A stretch of 64,000 nucleotides of DNA from Flavobacteriales bacterium (GCA_016788295.1 JAEUSY010000021.1:1417-65416); one strand, 5' to 3'; positions 26,879 through 37,858 are shown, counted from the stretch's first letter. Made by a program: numbers and translations. The notes: generated from the sequence alone by a model not told the origin.

Positions 26879-29800
26879 CTATCGTCTGCCGGAACGAGGC
26901 AATGCATTCAGTAACCTGAGGAAGACCTCGCCATAGAGGGCTATCGCCAGCAACAAGGACATGCCCCAGAGCACCAATGTGTTCGCCCAAAGTGTTGGTA
27001 CCCGAACGCTTCCCAGGTATTTCGATGGCGCATAGAACTGGGCCCCGAAGAAGCCACTGTACCTGGGTTCGATATAAATGGGATCACTCTTCTGAACGAG
27101 TTCCCCGTGGTATTCCACGATCACGTTCACGTCGTTCTTGTTGGTGACCACTTCCGCCAGGCTCTCATTGCGGAAGGCATCAAGGCGAGCGAAGTACTCC
27201 CCACGTTGTTCGGGCGTGCCGGTAAGCTGTGTGATCAATTTTTCCTTCTCCGCCTCAGCCGTTTTGTATGCCGTGCGGTAGTGTTGCGTTAGTGTTCGCA
27301 GGGCTTCATCCACTTGATCCAATACCTCGGAATCCACGCGACCGGGTTCCAATTGGTCCAACATCGGAAGTTCAAATCCGTTCAGCACCTTGGTCTCCTT
27401 CTCCAACTCGCTGCGTAACAGTGCGAGATCATGTTCCATCTCGCCCCCTCCGGACTCAGCGGCCAAGGTGCGGCGTACGTTGCCAGATGCATTCTCCAAC
27501 TCGCGCACCCAGAGATCCTTCTTCCAGTTGGCCGTCTTCATGCGCCTGTCCAACGGATAGAATTGCTTCTCGTAGTCGTTCTCCATGAACTGAGTAACGG
27601 CCAGCCCTTCATAGGCCCAACGCGACGCCATGATGTTGCCGATCCACGGCACGCTGCGCTCCGAAGCGAACCACGGGTGCAGCTTATCGAACTTGACGAT
27701 GATACCGCTGAACAACAGCTGCGGGATGATCAGCACCGGGATCATGATGTAGATGACCTTGGCGCTATTGAAACTCGCACTGATGTTGAGACCGAGCACA
27801 TTGGCGAAACAAGACGTGCTGAACAGCAGGATCCAGTGCACCATGGTGAGGCCCTCAATACCCAGCACGGTGTTTCCCACGAGCACGAACAGCAGGGTCT
27901 GGATGGCCGAAATGAGGAACATAAGACCCACTTTGCTCACGAGATAGCTGGCCCAGCTCAGGTCCAGGAACTTCTCGCGTTGCAGGATCTTGCGGTCGCG
28001 TATCACCTCCTCAGCGCTCACTGTGAGCCCCAGGAACAAGGCAACGATCACTGCAATGAACAGGTACTGCGGCAGGTTATCATTCTCCCGGAAGATGTAG
28101 GCATCCAGCGTTCCATGGCCAGTGCGGTAGTACCGCAGGAAGAACGACATGATGAAGGCGAGCACTGGTGCCTCCAGCAGGTTGATGAGCACATACTGCG
28201 TATTGGCCAGTTTGCTCAATAGATCACGCTTGAAATAGACCCGCATCTGCCTGAGCCGGTCAGGCGCAGCGAAGGTGCTCTTTGGCACACTGCGTTCCTC
28301 GGGAACCATGGCCGCGCGGCCTTCCATTTGTGCACGGAAGACCTCGTTCCACGCCTCCGGGCTGATGCGTCGTTGATCGGTCTCGTTGCCGTACTCATCC
28401 ACCAGTTTGGCCTCGAGGATGTTGAAGATCTGCTCCGGGTTCACGTTACCGCAGGCACTGCACTGGCCCACATCGCTGTTCACCTGCCCGGTCACGCGCT
28501 TGAAGTAGACCACGGCGTCCACAGGGTCACCGTAGTAGACCGGATGCCCTTCCTGGTCCATCAGCAGCAGCTTGTCGAACAACTTGAAGATGTCCGAGGA
28601 GGGCTGGTGAATGACCACGAACACCACACGCCCTTTGAGCGCAAGCTCCTTGAGCAGGTCCATGATGTTCTCTGAATCGCGCGAACTGAGCCCGCTCGTG
28701 GGTTCATCCACGAACAGCACACTGGGTTCACGGATCAGTTCCAAGGCGATGTTCACGCGTTTGCGCTGACCACCACTGATGGTCTTCTCCAACGGACTGC
28801 CGACCTTGAGATCCTTCGTCTCGAACAGCCCCAAACTTTGCAGCATGCGCATCACGCGCTCGTGGATACCCTTATCGTCCTGGTCGCCGAAGCACAACTT
28901 GGCGTTGAAGAACAGGTTCTGGTAGACCGTGAGCTCCTCGATGAGCAGATCATCCTGGCTTACGTGACCGATGACACCCCGAATACGCTCCCGCTCGGTG
29001 TGCACATCGATCCCATTGATCGTCACGTGGCCCCGGCTCGGCTTCAGGTTGCCATTAAGGACATTAAGCAGGGTGCTCTTACCACTACCACTGCCACCCA
29101 TGATGCCGATGAGCTTGCCACCGGTCTCGGCCATGTGCAGCTCGTGCAGGCCGATCTTGCCATTGGGGAACGCATACTCGATGCCGTCCGCCTTGAACAC
29201 CGCACGAGGACGGCCGTTCCGGCTCATGAAGGCACCAAGGATGTCGCTGTAGTAGATGGGCACTCCGTGCGGAGGCCTTACACTACTGCCGTTGCTGAGC
29301 ACGTAGTGACTGCCGCGGCTCATTCGCTGACCGTTCAACAACACCTCGGCCTGTCCGGTGTAGCGCATAACGTACAGGTTCACGCTGGGTACGTGCAACA
29401 CGCGCAGATCGCCATCGAGGCCATGTGCATGCAGGTGCCTTGCCTGGCCGAAGGTGTTCTCGTGAGCAGCATCCACATACAGCAGATGGGCGGCGTCCTC
29501 GCGGTGCTGTACCTGTGGGTCCACGAACTGCAGGCAGCGCTTGAAGTCCTCCTGACCAATATTGAAGGTCTCGGCCACGGTGGAAACGAACTCCATTTCC
29601 TGTTCGCCGGCATGACCATCCGCATGAATGAACTCGAGCAGGTGGACCAGCACCACGAACTTCTGGCGTTGGTTCAGCTCTTCGTTCACCTGGGTGCAGA
29701 TCTTGAGGACCTTCACCGAATTGAGCGAGGTGCGCTTGCGGCCACTGCGGCTCTGCCCACCACTGGCATGAAAGGCCTGTACGAAGGATTGGTAGCGGAC

Positions 29801-29953
29801 CATGTGTCCCGCAGCCACTTCGGGACTGAACTGTTTCCTCAGGAAACGCTCCAGCGGTGCTGCATTATCGGGTCGCGCACCATCGGCCACGGCATCGCCC
29901 TTGGCGATGATCGCGAACAGTTGCAGCAGTGCCTTGAGTATCTTCTCGCTCAT
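26879..29953 (-). CDS. ABC transporter, fused ATP-binding and ABC-2-type permease, with ~290-aa N-terminal extension
   Basis: 1024 aa; Walker A 'GGSGSGKST'; signature 'ISGGQRKRVNIA'; Walker B 'VLFVDEPTSGL'; C-terminal 6 TM helices; N-terminal TerB-like and FHA-like segments (tentative). Confidence 0.8.
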   Translation of the reverse strand: MSEKILKALLQLFAIIAKGDAVADGARPDNAAPLERFLRKQFSPEVAAGHMVRYQSFVQAFHASGGQSRSGRKRTSLNSVKVLKICTQVNEELNQRQKFVVLVHLLEFIHADGHAGEQEMEFVSTVAETFNIGQEDFKRCLQFVDPQVQHREDAAHLLYVDAAHENTFGQARHLHAHGLDGDLRVLHVPSVNLYVMRYTGQAEVLLNGQRMSRGSHYVLSNGSSVRPPHGVPIYYSDILGAFMSRNGRPRAVFKADGIEYAFPNGKIGLHELHMAETGGKLIGIMGGSGSGKSTLLNVLNGNLKPSRGHVTINGIDVHTERERIRGVIGHVSQDDLLIEELTVYQNLFFNAKLCFGDQDDKGIHERVMRMLQSLGLFETKDLKVGSPLEKTISGGQRKRVNIALELIREPSVLFVDEPTSGLSSRDSENIMDLLKELALKGRVVFVVIHQPSSDIFKLFDKLLLMDQEGHPVYYGDPVDAVVYFKRVTGQVNSDVGQCSACGNVNPEQIFNILEAKLVDEYGNETDQRRISPEAWNEVFRAQMEGRAAMVPEERSVPKSTFAAPDRLRQMRVYFKRDLLSKLANTQYVLINLLEAPVLAFIMSFFLRYYRTGHGTLDAYIFRENDNLPQYLFIAVIVALFLGLTVSAEEVIRDRKILQREKFLDLSWASYLVSKVGLMFLISAIQTLLFVLVGNTVLGIEGLTMVHWILLFSTSCFANVLGLNISASFNSAKVIYIMIPVLIIPQLLFSGIIVKFDKLHPWFASERSVPWIGNIMASRWAYEGLAVTQFMENDYEKQFYPLDRRMKTANWKKDLWVRELENASGNVRRTLAAESGGGEMEHDLALLRSELEKETKVLNGFELPMLDQLEPGRVDSEVLDQVDEALRTLTQHYRTAYKTAEAEKEKLITQLTGTPEQRGEYFARLDAFRNESLAEVVTNKNDVNVIVEYHGELVQKSDPIYIEPRYSGFFGAQFYAPSKYLGSVRVPTLWANTLVLWGMSLLLAIALYGEVFLRLLNALPRSGRR

Positions 29954-29970
29954 GCGACCCTTCCTATCGG

Positions 29971-30005
29971 AAATAAAAAAGCGCCCCTCTTTACGGGAGG
30001 GGCGC
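29971..30005 (-). terminator. rho-independent terminator for minus-strand gene 30036..30473
   Basis: GCGCCCCTC-tttacgg-GAGGGGCGC preceded on the plus strand by an A-run (a U-run on the minus transcript). Confidence 0.55.
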
Positions 30006-30035
30006 CGGAAGGTTGCAGGTTCGCTGAAGGAACCG

Positions 30036-30473
30036 CTACTTCTTGAATCCGATGAGCATGACAGCGCATCCGCTGCCTGCCTTCGAGGGGTCGATCATGG
30101 CCTCCACTGTTACATCCAGGGTATTTGCCACGGCCAGGTCCCAGAACGGTGCATTGCTGTGTTCCTTATTGGTGAAAAGCAAGTTGCGGTCCTTGTCGTA
30201 CACACTGAAGATGAGGATGCCGTCCGCATCTCCGCTGCATGCAGCTATCCGGTACGTGGTACCACCGAACAGGGTGAGGCTGAACTCGGCCAGCTCATCC
30301 CCTTGCAACAGGGCACGGTAGAACTGTCCATCGGGGATGTATTGCGTGGTAATGTGCTGCTCGCAACGCGTGGCGATGGGCTCGCACAGGGCTTGTCCAT
30401 TGGCACCCATGGCCAGCCCCATGAAGAGGCCCAGGGCGATGATCGGGAAGAACAGGTTGTTCCGGTGCTGCAT
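30036..30473 (-). CDS. secreted hypothetical protein
   Basis: 145 aa; signal peptide 'FFPIIALGLFMGLAMGANGQA'; several Cys. Confidence 0.4.
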   Translation of the reverse strand: MQHRNNLFFPIIALGLFMGLAMGANGQALCEPIATRCEQHITTQYIPDGQFYRALLQGDELAEFSLTLFGGTTYRIAACSGDADGILIFSVYDKDRNLLFTNKEHSNAPFWDLAVANTLDVTVEAMIDPSKAGSGCAVMLIGFKK

Positions 30474-30475
30474 GG

Positions 30476-31381
30476 TCAGGCGAGGATCAGGGAACGGATT
30501 TGGGCGACCTGCTTGGTAATGGCCTCTATGGTCTCGGCAGGAATGGTCACCGCGCTGCGGCTGTTGATGAAGGTGGTCTGCTTGGAGGCGTCGGTCACAG
30601 GTTGTTCAAACGTATAGGTGCGCTGGATGCCTGCGAATTGAACCTGCAACTGCTTGAAGGCGGCCAGAAGCGGAGCAGCAGCCGGATCGGTCACATGTTT
30701 TCCGAGCAACTCCACAAGACCATCAAGCGCGTTCTTCTGGTCGCCAATGCGGTCCAGCAGGGCCTGGTCCTTCAGCGCAGATGGATCGGCAAGGGTCAAA
30801 TGGAGCGATCCCACCCAGCCGCCGGCCAGGATAAGCGTGCTCACATCGTTCCGGTCGTTGTTCTTCAGGTAGGCATCAGCAGCACGAAAGGCCGTTCCAC
30901 TGAAACGCAGCAGGCTGTCCTCGTTGCCCAAGTTCGTTTTGAAGCGGTCCAGCAACGCACGATCGAAGGCATTGGAGATCTCAAGCTTCTGCCCCAGCTT
31001 TTCAACGGCTTGCATGGTGGCCAAGGCGCGCTGACCGTCCTTGTGCACGGTCACGTAGGCCAGATCGGCACCATACAGACCCAGCACAGCAGACTGCATG
31101 GCCTTGGAGGTCATGGTCTCCCCTTTATCCAAGGGCGTGGTGAGGTCCTTACGGTATTTAAGACCGGCCTTCCGTATGGCCATGGCCGTTTGCACGGGCG
31201 AAGGGAGGCTGAACAAGCGCCCACCCACGTTGAGCAACTGCCCGCTCTGGGCGGAAGTGTCGGTGTTCAGGCTATCGGATCCCGGTCGTTGGCCATCCGG
31301 CTGTTCGGGACCGCCACAGGATGCCAGGAACAGGGTCAGGCCCACTCCCACGACATAGGGCGACAGGTGATGTAAGGTCAT
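30476..31381 (-). CDS. hypothetical lipoprotein
   Basis: 301 aa; lipobox 'LFLASCGG'. Confidence 0.45.
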   Translation of the reverse strand: MTLHHLSPYVVGVGLTLFLASCGGPEQPDGQRPGSDSLNTDTSAQSGQLLNVGGRLFSLPSPVQTAMAIRKAGLKYRKDLTTPLDKGETMTSKAMQSAVLGLYGADLAYVTVHKDGQRALATMQAVEKLGQKLEISNAFDRALLDRFKTNLGNEDSLLRFSGTAFRAADAYLKNNDRNDVSTLILAGGWVGSLHLTLADPSALKDQALLDRIGDQKNALDGLVELLGKHVTDPAAAPLLAAFKQLQVQFAGIQRTYTFEQPVTDASKQTTFINSRSAVTIPAETIEAITKQVAQIRSLILA

Positions 31382-31474
31382 CGCGTTCAGTGCTGGTCTT
31401 CTGGTGTCGAAGGTAATCGGCGTGTATACGGTGTCCCGGTCGAAAAGGCTTCAGTTTTCAACACACCGCGCTGG

Positions 31475-32743
31475 TTAGCGCCCGGCGCCCGCCCAATTGC
31501 GCTGCCTCCAACCATACAGGCCGTACCAACCAATGAACAGGTAGCACGGCACCAACAACCAGTACGCGGCCCTCGGTCCCACCCCGGCTATGGCGGCCAG
31601 TGCGCCATAAACAGGCGGCAGCACGGCCCCACCAGCGATCGCCATGATCAGTAGCGCACTGGCGGTCTTGGTGTGGCGGCCAAGGCCATCGATAGCGAGC
31701 GGCCAGATAGCGGGCCACATCAGCGCATTCGCAAGACCCAGCAAGGCAATGCAGGCCACCGAAGCCCTGCCATCGAGCATGAGCGCGGCAACGCTCAGAC
31801 CGATCCCGAGCAATGCGGAGACCAGCAGCGCACGTGATTGGCTGATGAACCGGGGAATGGCGAGGATGCCCACGATATAACCGATCACCATGGAGACCAA
31901 GGTCCAACTGGTAAGGTGCTTGGCCTCGGAGAGCGGCATGCCTTGGGCCTCACCATACGATGGTATCGTATCACCAGCGATGACCTCTACGCCAACGTAC
32001 AGGAACAACGCCACCACGCCCAGCACGAGGTTGGGGAACGAGAATACCGAACGCCCATCACCGGTATCCGTGTTGGACTCCACCTCCGGATCAAGCTCTG
32101 GCAAGGGAGCAAATCGCACAAGCATGCCTAACCCGAAGAGCACCGCCGTCATGATCGAATACGGGAAAATGACGCGGGTGGCCACCTCATTGAGCCGCAC
32201 ATCATGAGCCTCTCCCTGCAATAGGGCAAGCTCGCTCTGCAATGCATCGGCATCGCCCAGGAGCACAGCACCCAGAGCGATCGGCGCTATGACCCCTGCC
32301 ATTTTGTTGCAAATGCCCATGATGCTGATGCGCGCCGCTGCACTTTCAATGGGGCCCACCACCGTGATGTAGGGATTACTCGCGGTCTGTAACAGGGAAA
32401 GTCCGGTACCAATGATGAACAGCCCGGCCAGGAACAGGGGGTACGACCGCATTTGCGCGGCCGGAACAAACAGCAACGCTCCGAGCGCCATGGTCCACAG
32501 GCCGTACATCATGCCCCGTTTCATGCCGGTGATCATGAGCACGCGTGACATGGGCAGGGCGGTCACGAAGTAGGCGATGTAGAACGCCGAAGTGACGTAG
32601 AAAGGTTCGGCGCCGGAACGCAGTTCACAGATGATCTTGAGGTAGCTGATCAACGGGCCATTGATCCAGGTGGTGAACCCGAAAAGGAAGAACAGGGCAC
32701 CCAGGAAGGCAATGGCCGATGTGGTCCGGGAACTTGATGACAT
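31475..32743 (-). CDS. MFS transporter, FucP/GluP (fucose/glucose/galactose:H+) family
   Basis: ~422 aa from MSSSSRTTS; 'FFLFGFTTWINGPLISYLK' is typical of FucP-family permeases; the track ORF is extended 5'. Confidence 0.75.
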   Translation of the reverse strand: MSSSSRTTSAIAFLGALFFLFGFTTWINGPLISYLKIICELRSGAEPFYVTSAFYIAYFVTALPMSRVLMITGMKRGMMYGLWTMALGALLFVPAAQMRSYPLFLAGLFIIGTGLSLLQTASNPYITVVGPIESAAARISIMGICNKMAGVIAPIALGAVLLGDADALQSELALLQGEAHDVRLNEVATRVIFPYSIMTAVLFGLGMLVRFAPLPELDPEVESNTDTGDGRSVFSFPNLVLGVVALFLYVGVEVIAGDTIPSYGEAQGMPLSEAKHLTSWTLVSMVIGYIVGILAIPRFISQSRALLVSALLGIGLSVAALMLDGRASVACIALLGLANALMWPAIWPLAIDGLGRHTKTASALLIMAIAGGAVLPPVYGALAAIAGVGPRAAYWLLVPCYLFIGWYGLYGWRQRNWAGAGR

Positions 32744-33224
32744 CGTAAGAAGGGTCCGCATGTGCGGGTCCGGCAGCAAAATAGGCCCCTCTCTGCATGC
32801 GCGAGGCGGCACACAGGGCCGCCTCGCGAACAGGGCATTGTCAACGACATGCCACTGAACCACGATCAAGTGACCTAATTAGTTGGTCACCCAATACCAT
32901 GAACGCTGATCCCTGCTACGTTCTCGAGCGTTCGTGCACCACGACTTCACCAGTTCAACACCCGCTTGTAGTAACGCGGGAACTTGATGGTGCGCCGCAC
33001 CTTGTGGTAGTAGACGTTCCAACGCGGAGTGGCCATATCGTAGAACGGTTCCAATGCATCCCAACGGCCAGCAAGGGTCCGCTTCTCCCCTTGCCGCCTC
33101 TGCCTGCCCTGGTTCTCCATGTGTACTTGACGTGATGAACCATGCTCGGCGCTGCCCGGGAATACGCACGTAAAACATCATGACCGTTCCATGACCGGGC
33201 CTCCGTGGTCCGGAAGGATCAACT

Positions 33225-35693
33225 TTGTGCGCCCCCATGCGGTCTGTGTACATCGATGTGATCCTTCCCTTGGCGGTGCCCGGCATCTTTACCTATGCCT
33301 GGCCCGAGGACCTGCCCACCGTGCTACCCGGCATGCGTGTCTCGGTGCCTTTTGGCAAAGGCAGAAAGCTGTATGGGGGGCTGGTGCGCCGCGTCCACGA
33401 TGAGCGACCGGGTTATCGCACGGTGCGCTCTGCCATGGCGCTGCTCGATAACGCCCCTGTGGTACACGAGCACCAGTTCAACCTATGGGAACGCATTGCA
33501 GCGCACTACCTGTGCAGCCTTGGCGAGGTGATGATCGCTGCACTGCCCGCGCAACTGGCTCTGAGCAGCGAGACCCGTTTGGTGGCCAACCCCGCCATGG
33601 CGCAGGACCTCGTGCTAAAGGGCCGCGCCGGCCTGTTGCTGGAGGCCTTGGAACACCGGCATGTGGTGACCTTGGAAGAGGCAGGCGAACTGCTGGGTCT
33701 GAAGAACCCCATGCCCGTTGTGAAAGGCCTGATGGACCAGGGTGCCCTGCAATTGGAAGAAGAACTGAAGGACACTTGGAAGCCACGCATGGTGACCTAC
33801 GTGGGCCTGAACGAATCCGCCAAAGAGGAACAATCACTTCATGCTTGGTTCGACAAGCTGGAACGCGCACCGAAGCAGCTGCACCTGCTGATGCGCTACA
33901 TCGAACTGAGCCGGTGCTTGAGCGACGACCCGCGTGAGGTGGACCGTAATGCACTTTTGCGGGCGAGCGGCTCCACATCCGCCATGCTGAAAGGCCTGGT
34001 CGAAAAGGGATTGTTCACCACCTACGATCGCGAGGCCGGCATACCCGTGAACGAGGCCATGCGAAAGCCACCTCCGTCCTTGTCCACAGCACAAACGGAG
34101 GCCCTCCAAGAGATCAAGGAGCGGTTCAACGCGAAGGACGTGGTGCTCTTGCGGGGGGTGACCTCATCCGGCAAGACCGAGCTGTACATCACCCTCATTC
34201 AAGAGGCTCTCGACCGCGGAGAACAGGTGCTTTACCTACTGCCTGAGATCGCGCTCACCACGCAGATCATCAGCCGTTTGCGCGAACGCTTCGGTGAGCG
34301 GATCGCGATATCGCACTCGCGCATGGCACAGCATGAACGGACGGCGCTTTGGCTGCACATGGCCCAGGGCGAAGCACCTCCTTCGGTGGTGGTGGGGGCC
34401 CGCTCCGCCTTGTTCCTTCCGTTCCGCAAGCTCGGCCTGATCGTGGTGGATGAGGAGCACGACCCCAGCTACAAACAGCACGACCCTTCGCCCCGCTACC
34501 ATGCGCGGGACATGGCCATCGTGCTCGCCGGTCTCCATGGTGCCAAGACCTTGTTGGGCTCGGCAACTCCAGCATTGGAGAGCCTGCACAATGCCAAGGG
34601 CGGCAAATACGGTCACGTTGAACTGCTCACCCGTTTCGGCGATGTGGCCATGCCCAACGTGCTGCGTGTTGACCTGCGCGATTCGCAGAAACGAAAGCTC
34701 ATGCGGGGCCATTTCTCGCAAACGCTGATCGATACGGTGCAGCAGGCATTGGACCGACGCGAGCAGGCCATCATCTTCCAGAACCGGCGTGGCTACGTGC
34801 CCGTTTGGCAATGCGAGACCTGCGGATGGGTGCCCGAGTGCGACCAGTGCGATGTGAGCCTTACCTACCACAAGCACCAGCACCAGTTACGCTGCCACTA
34901 TTGCGGCAGGCACTATGCTCCGCCCACATCCTGCGGTCACTGCGGAAGCCCACGGTTGCGCATGCTGGGTTTCGGCACCGAGAAGATCGAGGAGGAACTG
35001 GCGGAGATCTTCCCCGACGCACGTATCGGTCGCATGGACCAGGACACCATGCGCGGCAAACATGCCATGGACCGACTGCTCACCAGCTTCGGGCAGGGAG
35101 GCATCGACATACTGGTGGGCACCCAAATGGTGACCAAAGGCCTGGACTTCGACCATGTGAGCGTGGTGGGCATTCTGAACGCCGACAATCTGATGCGCTT
35201 TCCCGACTTCAGGGCACATGAGCGGGCGTTCCAGCTAATGGCACAAGTAGCGGGACGATCGGGAAGGCGCAAGCAGGCCGGTACGGTGATCATACAGGCC
35301 ATGGACGTGAACAACCCGGTGCTCGACCTGGTGGTGCGACACGATGTGGATGGCATGTACCAGCGCGAGATCGAGCATCGAAGGGCGCATGGCTATCCGC
35401 CCTTCACCCGGCTCATCGAACTGACGCTGAAACACCGATCGGAAGAACGAGTGGCGGCCACTGGTGCCGTGCTTGGCCTGGCGCTGCGCGAAGGATTGGG
35501 TGAACGCGTGCTGGGCCCGGACATTCCACTGGTATCACGCATCCGGGACCGACACCTGCGCAAACTACTGATCAAGCTGAGGCGCACGGCGCACCACGAG
35601 GAGAAGGCCTTCGTGAGCGATACCATCGACCGGGTCTTCGGCGACCCAGCACATTCCGCTGTTCAGTTGGTGACCGACGTGGACCCGATGTGA
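33225..35693 (+). CDS. priA: primosomal protein N' (replication restart helicase PriA)
   Basis: 822 aa; Walker A 'GVTSSGKTE'; 'DEEHD'; Cys4 zinc-binding 'CETCGW...CDQCD...CHYCG...CGHCG'. Confidence 0.92.
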   Translation: MCAPMRSVYIDVILPLAVPGIFTYAWPEDLPTVLPGMRVSVPFGKGRKLYGGLVRRVHDERPGYRTVRSAMALLDNAPVVHEHQFNLWERIAAHYLCSLGEVMIAALPAQLALSSETRLVANPAMAQDLVLKGRAGLLLEALEHRHVVTLEEAGELLGLKNPMPVVKGLMDQGALQLEEELKDTWKPRMVTYVGLNESAKEEQSLHAWFDKLERAPKQLHLLMRYIELSRCLSDDPREVDRNALLRASGSTSAMLKGLVEKGLFTTYDREAGIPVNEAMRKPPPSLSTAQTEALQEIKERFNAKDVVLLRGVTSSGKTELYITLIQEALDRGEQVLYLLPEIALTTQIISRLRERFGERIAISHSRMAQHERTALWLHMAQGEAPPSVVVGARSALFLPFRKLGLIVVDEEHDPSYKQHDPSPRYHARDMAIVLAGLHGAKTLLGSATPALESLHNAKGGKYGHVELLTRFGDVAMPNVLRVDLRDSQKRKLMRGHFSQTLIDTVQQALDRREQAIIFQNRRGYVPVWQCETCGWVPECDQCDVSLTYHKHQHQLRCHYCGRHYAPPTSCGHCGSPRLRMLGFGTEKIEEELAEIFPDARIGRMDQDTMRGKHAMDRLLTSFGQGGIDILVGTQMVTKGLDFDHVSVVGILNADNLMRFPDFRAHERAFQLMAQVAGRSGRRKQAGTVIIQAMDVNNPVLDLVVRHDVDGMYQREIEHRRAHGYPPFTRLIELTLKHRSEERVAATGAVLGLALREGLGERVLGPDIPLVSRIRDRHLRKLLIKLRRTAHHEEKAFVSDTIDRVFGDPAHSAVQLVTDVDPM

Positions 35694-35711
35694 TCGAGGT
35701 TCCGGCAGGTA

Positions 35712-37124
35712 TCATTCCAACATAACGCGAAGCACTACCGGACCATTCCCGGTCCGTATGGACATGAAACAGGGCCCACGCCCTGTGCCTGCGAACGTGA
35801 CCTCTGCTGTACCCCCTTGCAACGAGAGGATACCCTGCTCCAACTCCCGCCCATCAGCAAGGTACAGGCGCCATGGCATCAGTCCATCCACCTGTTCATT
35901 CACGGTGATCCGTACATGACCCCGTGCCGGATTGGGGGCAATTCCCCATGTCGTCACTGGTGCTTCGGGCACACTGGTCAACGCACACGGCCATTTCATC
36001 GTATCGAACCAGTTCTTGGAACCGAGCAGGGCCGGAAAGGCGCAATCGCCATGATCGAAAGCGGCGCCCGCGCTAACGGCCTGCACATTAATGGCACCAT
36101 TGGCCAACATGGCATCCCGGCACACAACACTGTTCTGGTAGAACACATGGCTGTCGCTTTCGCAATACACCATTCGCACCGGTGCTTGCGGGGTCCAGTC
36201 AAACACATCATTGTCGCGCAAGGCCACCCTGAAATAGTGGTCCGGATCAGTTGCAAAGGCTTCCGGCATGCTGTCCACGAGGATCACACTGGGTACATCG
36301 GGCATCACCGCGTCCACCGCGCCTGATCCGTTGTTGCCTTGGAACAAAGGGGGCAACAAGGTGGCCCAAGGTTCTTCGATCACCTCGGTGATGTCGTTGT
36401 AAAGACCGGGATAGACATAACCGTAGGAGAAAAGGATGTACGGCAGGTAATAGGGTGCGGGATACGGTACAGTGTCAACCATTACTTGTGCCTGCACACC
36501 GCTGACATCATAAGGACCACTGCATGGGGCGCTGGCCGTCACTGTGAATTCATCGTCGAACTCAGCCTCGATCATTCGGTGCGTCGCCATGCAGGCGTGG
36601 CCACCTTGGGAGTATCCCACAAGGAACAGCTGTCCGCTCAGGTCCACTTCGCGTGCCTGACAGAACTCCCTTGCGGCACGCAACATATCAATGGATGCCG
36701 TGGCCTCAGAACGGGCATGTATGTATGGGTGCGGGCCCGGGCTATCACCGAGCCCCAGATAGTCGGGCAGCACGGTAACATAGCCGGTGCCACCAAGGAA
36801 GTAACCCACCACGATCTCGCTGCTGAGCCGCGAGGGTACATCTTCCCGACCCAGGATGGTCCCATGCATGTAGGCTGCGAGGGGGAATGAGCACGTAGCG
36901 ACGGGAAGGACAAGGGCCCCACTGGCCACCGTCGGTTGTCCGAAGGGATCCACTGTGGCGTAACGCACACGGTGGATCTCTATCCCGTTGGTCGCATCAC
37001 CTACCCCCCAATCAATGAGCTCCTCAGTGGTATAGGTAAGCAGCAGACTATCCTCCAAAAGGACCTGCGCCAACATTGCTGGGGAAGCACTGAGCGCGAG
37101 TGCTGTAATGAGGTTGCGTAACAT
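35712..37124 (-). CDS. secreted alpha/beta-hydrolase (lipase-like) with T9SS CTD
   Basis: ~470 aa from MLRNLITALALSASPAMLAQ; nucleophile elbow 'GYSQGG'; C-terminal beta-rich tail 'GNGPVVLRVMLE'. Confidence 0.55.
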   Translation of the reverse strand: MLRNLITALALSASPAMLAQVLLEDSLLLTYTTEELIDWGVGDATNGIEIHRVRYATVDPFGQPTVASGALVLPVATCSFPLAAYMHGTILGREDVPSRLSSEIVVGYFLGGTGYVTVLPDYLGLGDSPGPHPYIHARSEATASIDMLRAAREFCQAREVDLSGQLFLVGYSQGGHACMATHRMIEAEFDDEFTVTASAPCSGPYDVSGVQAQVMVDTVPYPAPYYLPYILFSYGYVYPGLYNDITEVIEEPWATLLPPLFQGNNGSGAVDAVMPDVPSVILVDSMPEAFATDPDHYFRVALRDNDVFDWTPQAPVRMVYCESDSHVFYQNSVVCRDAMLANGAINVQAVSAGAAFDHGDCAFPALLGSKNWFDTMKWPCALTSVPEAPVTTWGIAPNPARGHVRITVNEQVDGLMPWRLYLADGRELEQGILSLQGGTAEVTFAGTGRGPCFMSIRTGNGPVVLRVMLE

Positions 37125-37174
37125 GGGCGTTGAAGTATCCCGTCCAAGATACAAGTTGATCCGCACCGATAGGA

Positions 37175-37858
37175 TCATCGATCGGACAGCAAGCGCCAAA
37201 CGCCCTGCAATGCAATAGGTGCCTCAAGGAAGACCTGTTCCTTGGTCACCGTATCAGGAAATCCCAAGCGCAAGGCATGCAACGCGATGCTCCGATCGGG
37301 CTCACCACGACGTGCACCATACTTCACATCACCTTTTATGGGATGTCCCCAGAATGAAAGTTGGGCCCTTAGCTGATGAAAGGCCCCTTCCCGAGGCTCC
37401 AGTTCCACCAGCGTGTATCGCTCGAACCTATGCAGCACGCGAACGTTCAGGTGTACCTCACGGGCCTCCTTGTCGTTCGCACGCGCTTGCCTGGCTCTAT
37501 GCGTTCGCGCATCGTGTACCAGGCGATGCACCAGTTCGATCGGGCCATCCGGGTTCACCGATCCTTCCACGATGGCATGGTAGGTCTTGCGTACCTGCCG
37601 TTCGCGAAATGTGCGGTTCAGGGCCTCCAATACTTGCCCTGCGGCCATCACCACCACACCGCTGACCGGACGATCGAGCCTGTTCACCAGTTCCAAGCGT
37701 GCATCGCCAGTGGCGGCGCGGGTCCATGTGAGCAGGTCAGCGCTTCCTGATGGGTCGGGTTGAACGGGTATGCCGGCTGGTTTATACACGGCCACCCAAT
37801 CCGCACCTTGTCGGATCAGTGAAGGCCCTGCGGTCGCTTCAATACTGTTCGCCGGCAT
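37175..37858 (-). CDS. RluA-family pseudouridine synthase
   Basis: '[13 protein letters not shown]', '[16 protein letters not shown]' (catalytic Asp motif xxRLDxxTSG). Confidence 0.8.
   Translation of the reverse strand: MPANSIEATAGPSLIRQGADWVAVYKPAGIPVQPDPSGSADLLTWTRAATGDARLELVNRLDRPVSGVVVMAAGQVLEALNRTFRERQVRKTYHAIVEGSVNPDGPIELVHRLVHDARTHRARQARANDKEAREVHLNVRVLHRFERYTLVELEPREGAFHQLRAQLSFWGHPIKGDVKYGARRGEPDRSIALHALRLGFPDTVTKEQVFLEAPIALQGVWRLLSDR

Noticed and set aside
28838-30046. 402-aa plus-strand ORF antisense to the ABC transporter
   Set aside because: It lies entirely inside a gene with strong Walker A/B and signature motifs, and its composition marks it as a GC artefact.
32744-33224. 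480-bp gap between the MFS permease and priA, examined for a tRNA or small RNA gene (ORFs 32879..33286 - and 32797..33135 +)
   Set aside because: No tRNA-like acceptor/T-arm pattern (GTTCRANYC) was seen, and the ORFs are featureless. It is interpreted as a divergent promoter region.
33478-35356. Several antisense or alternative-frame ORFs inside priA
   Set aside because: They overlap a gene carrying an unmistakable helicase and zinc-finger signature.
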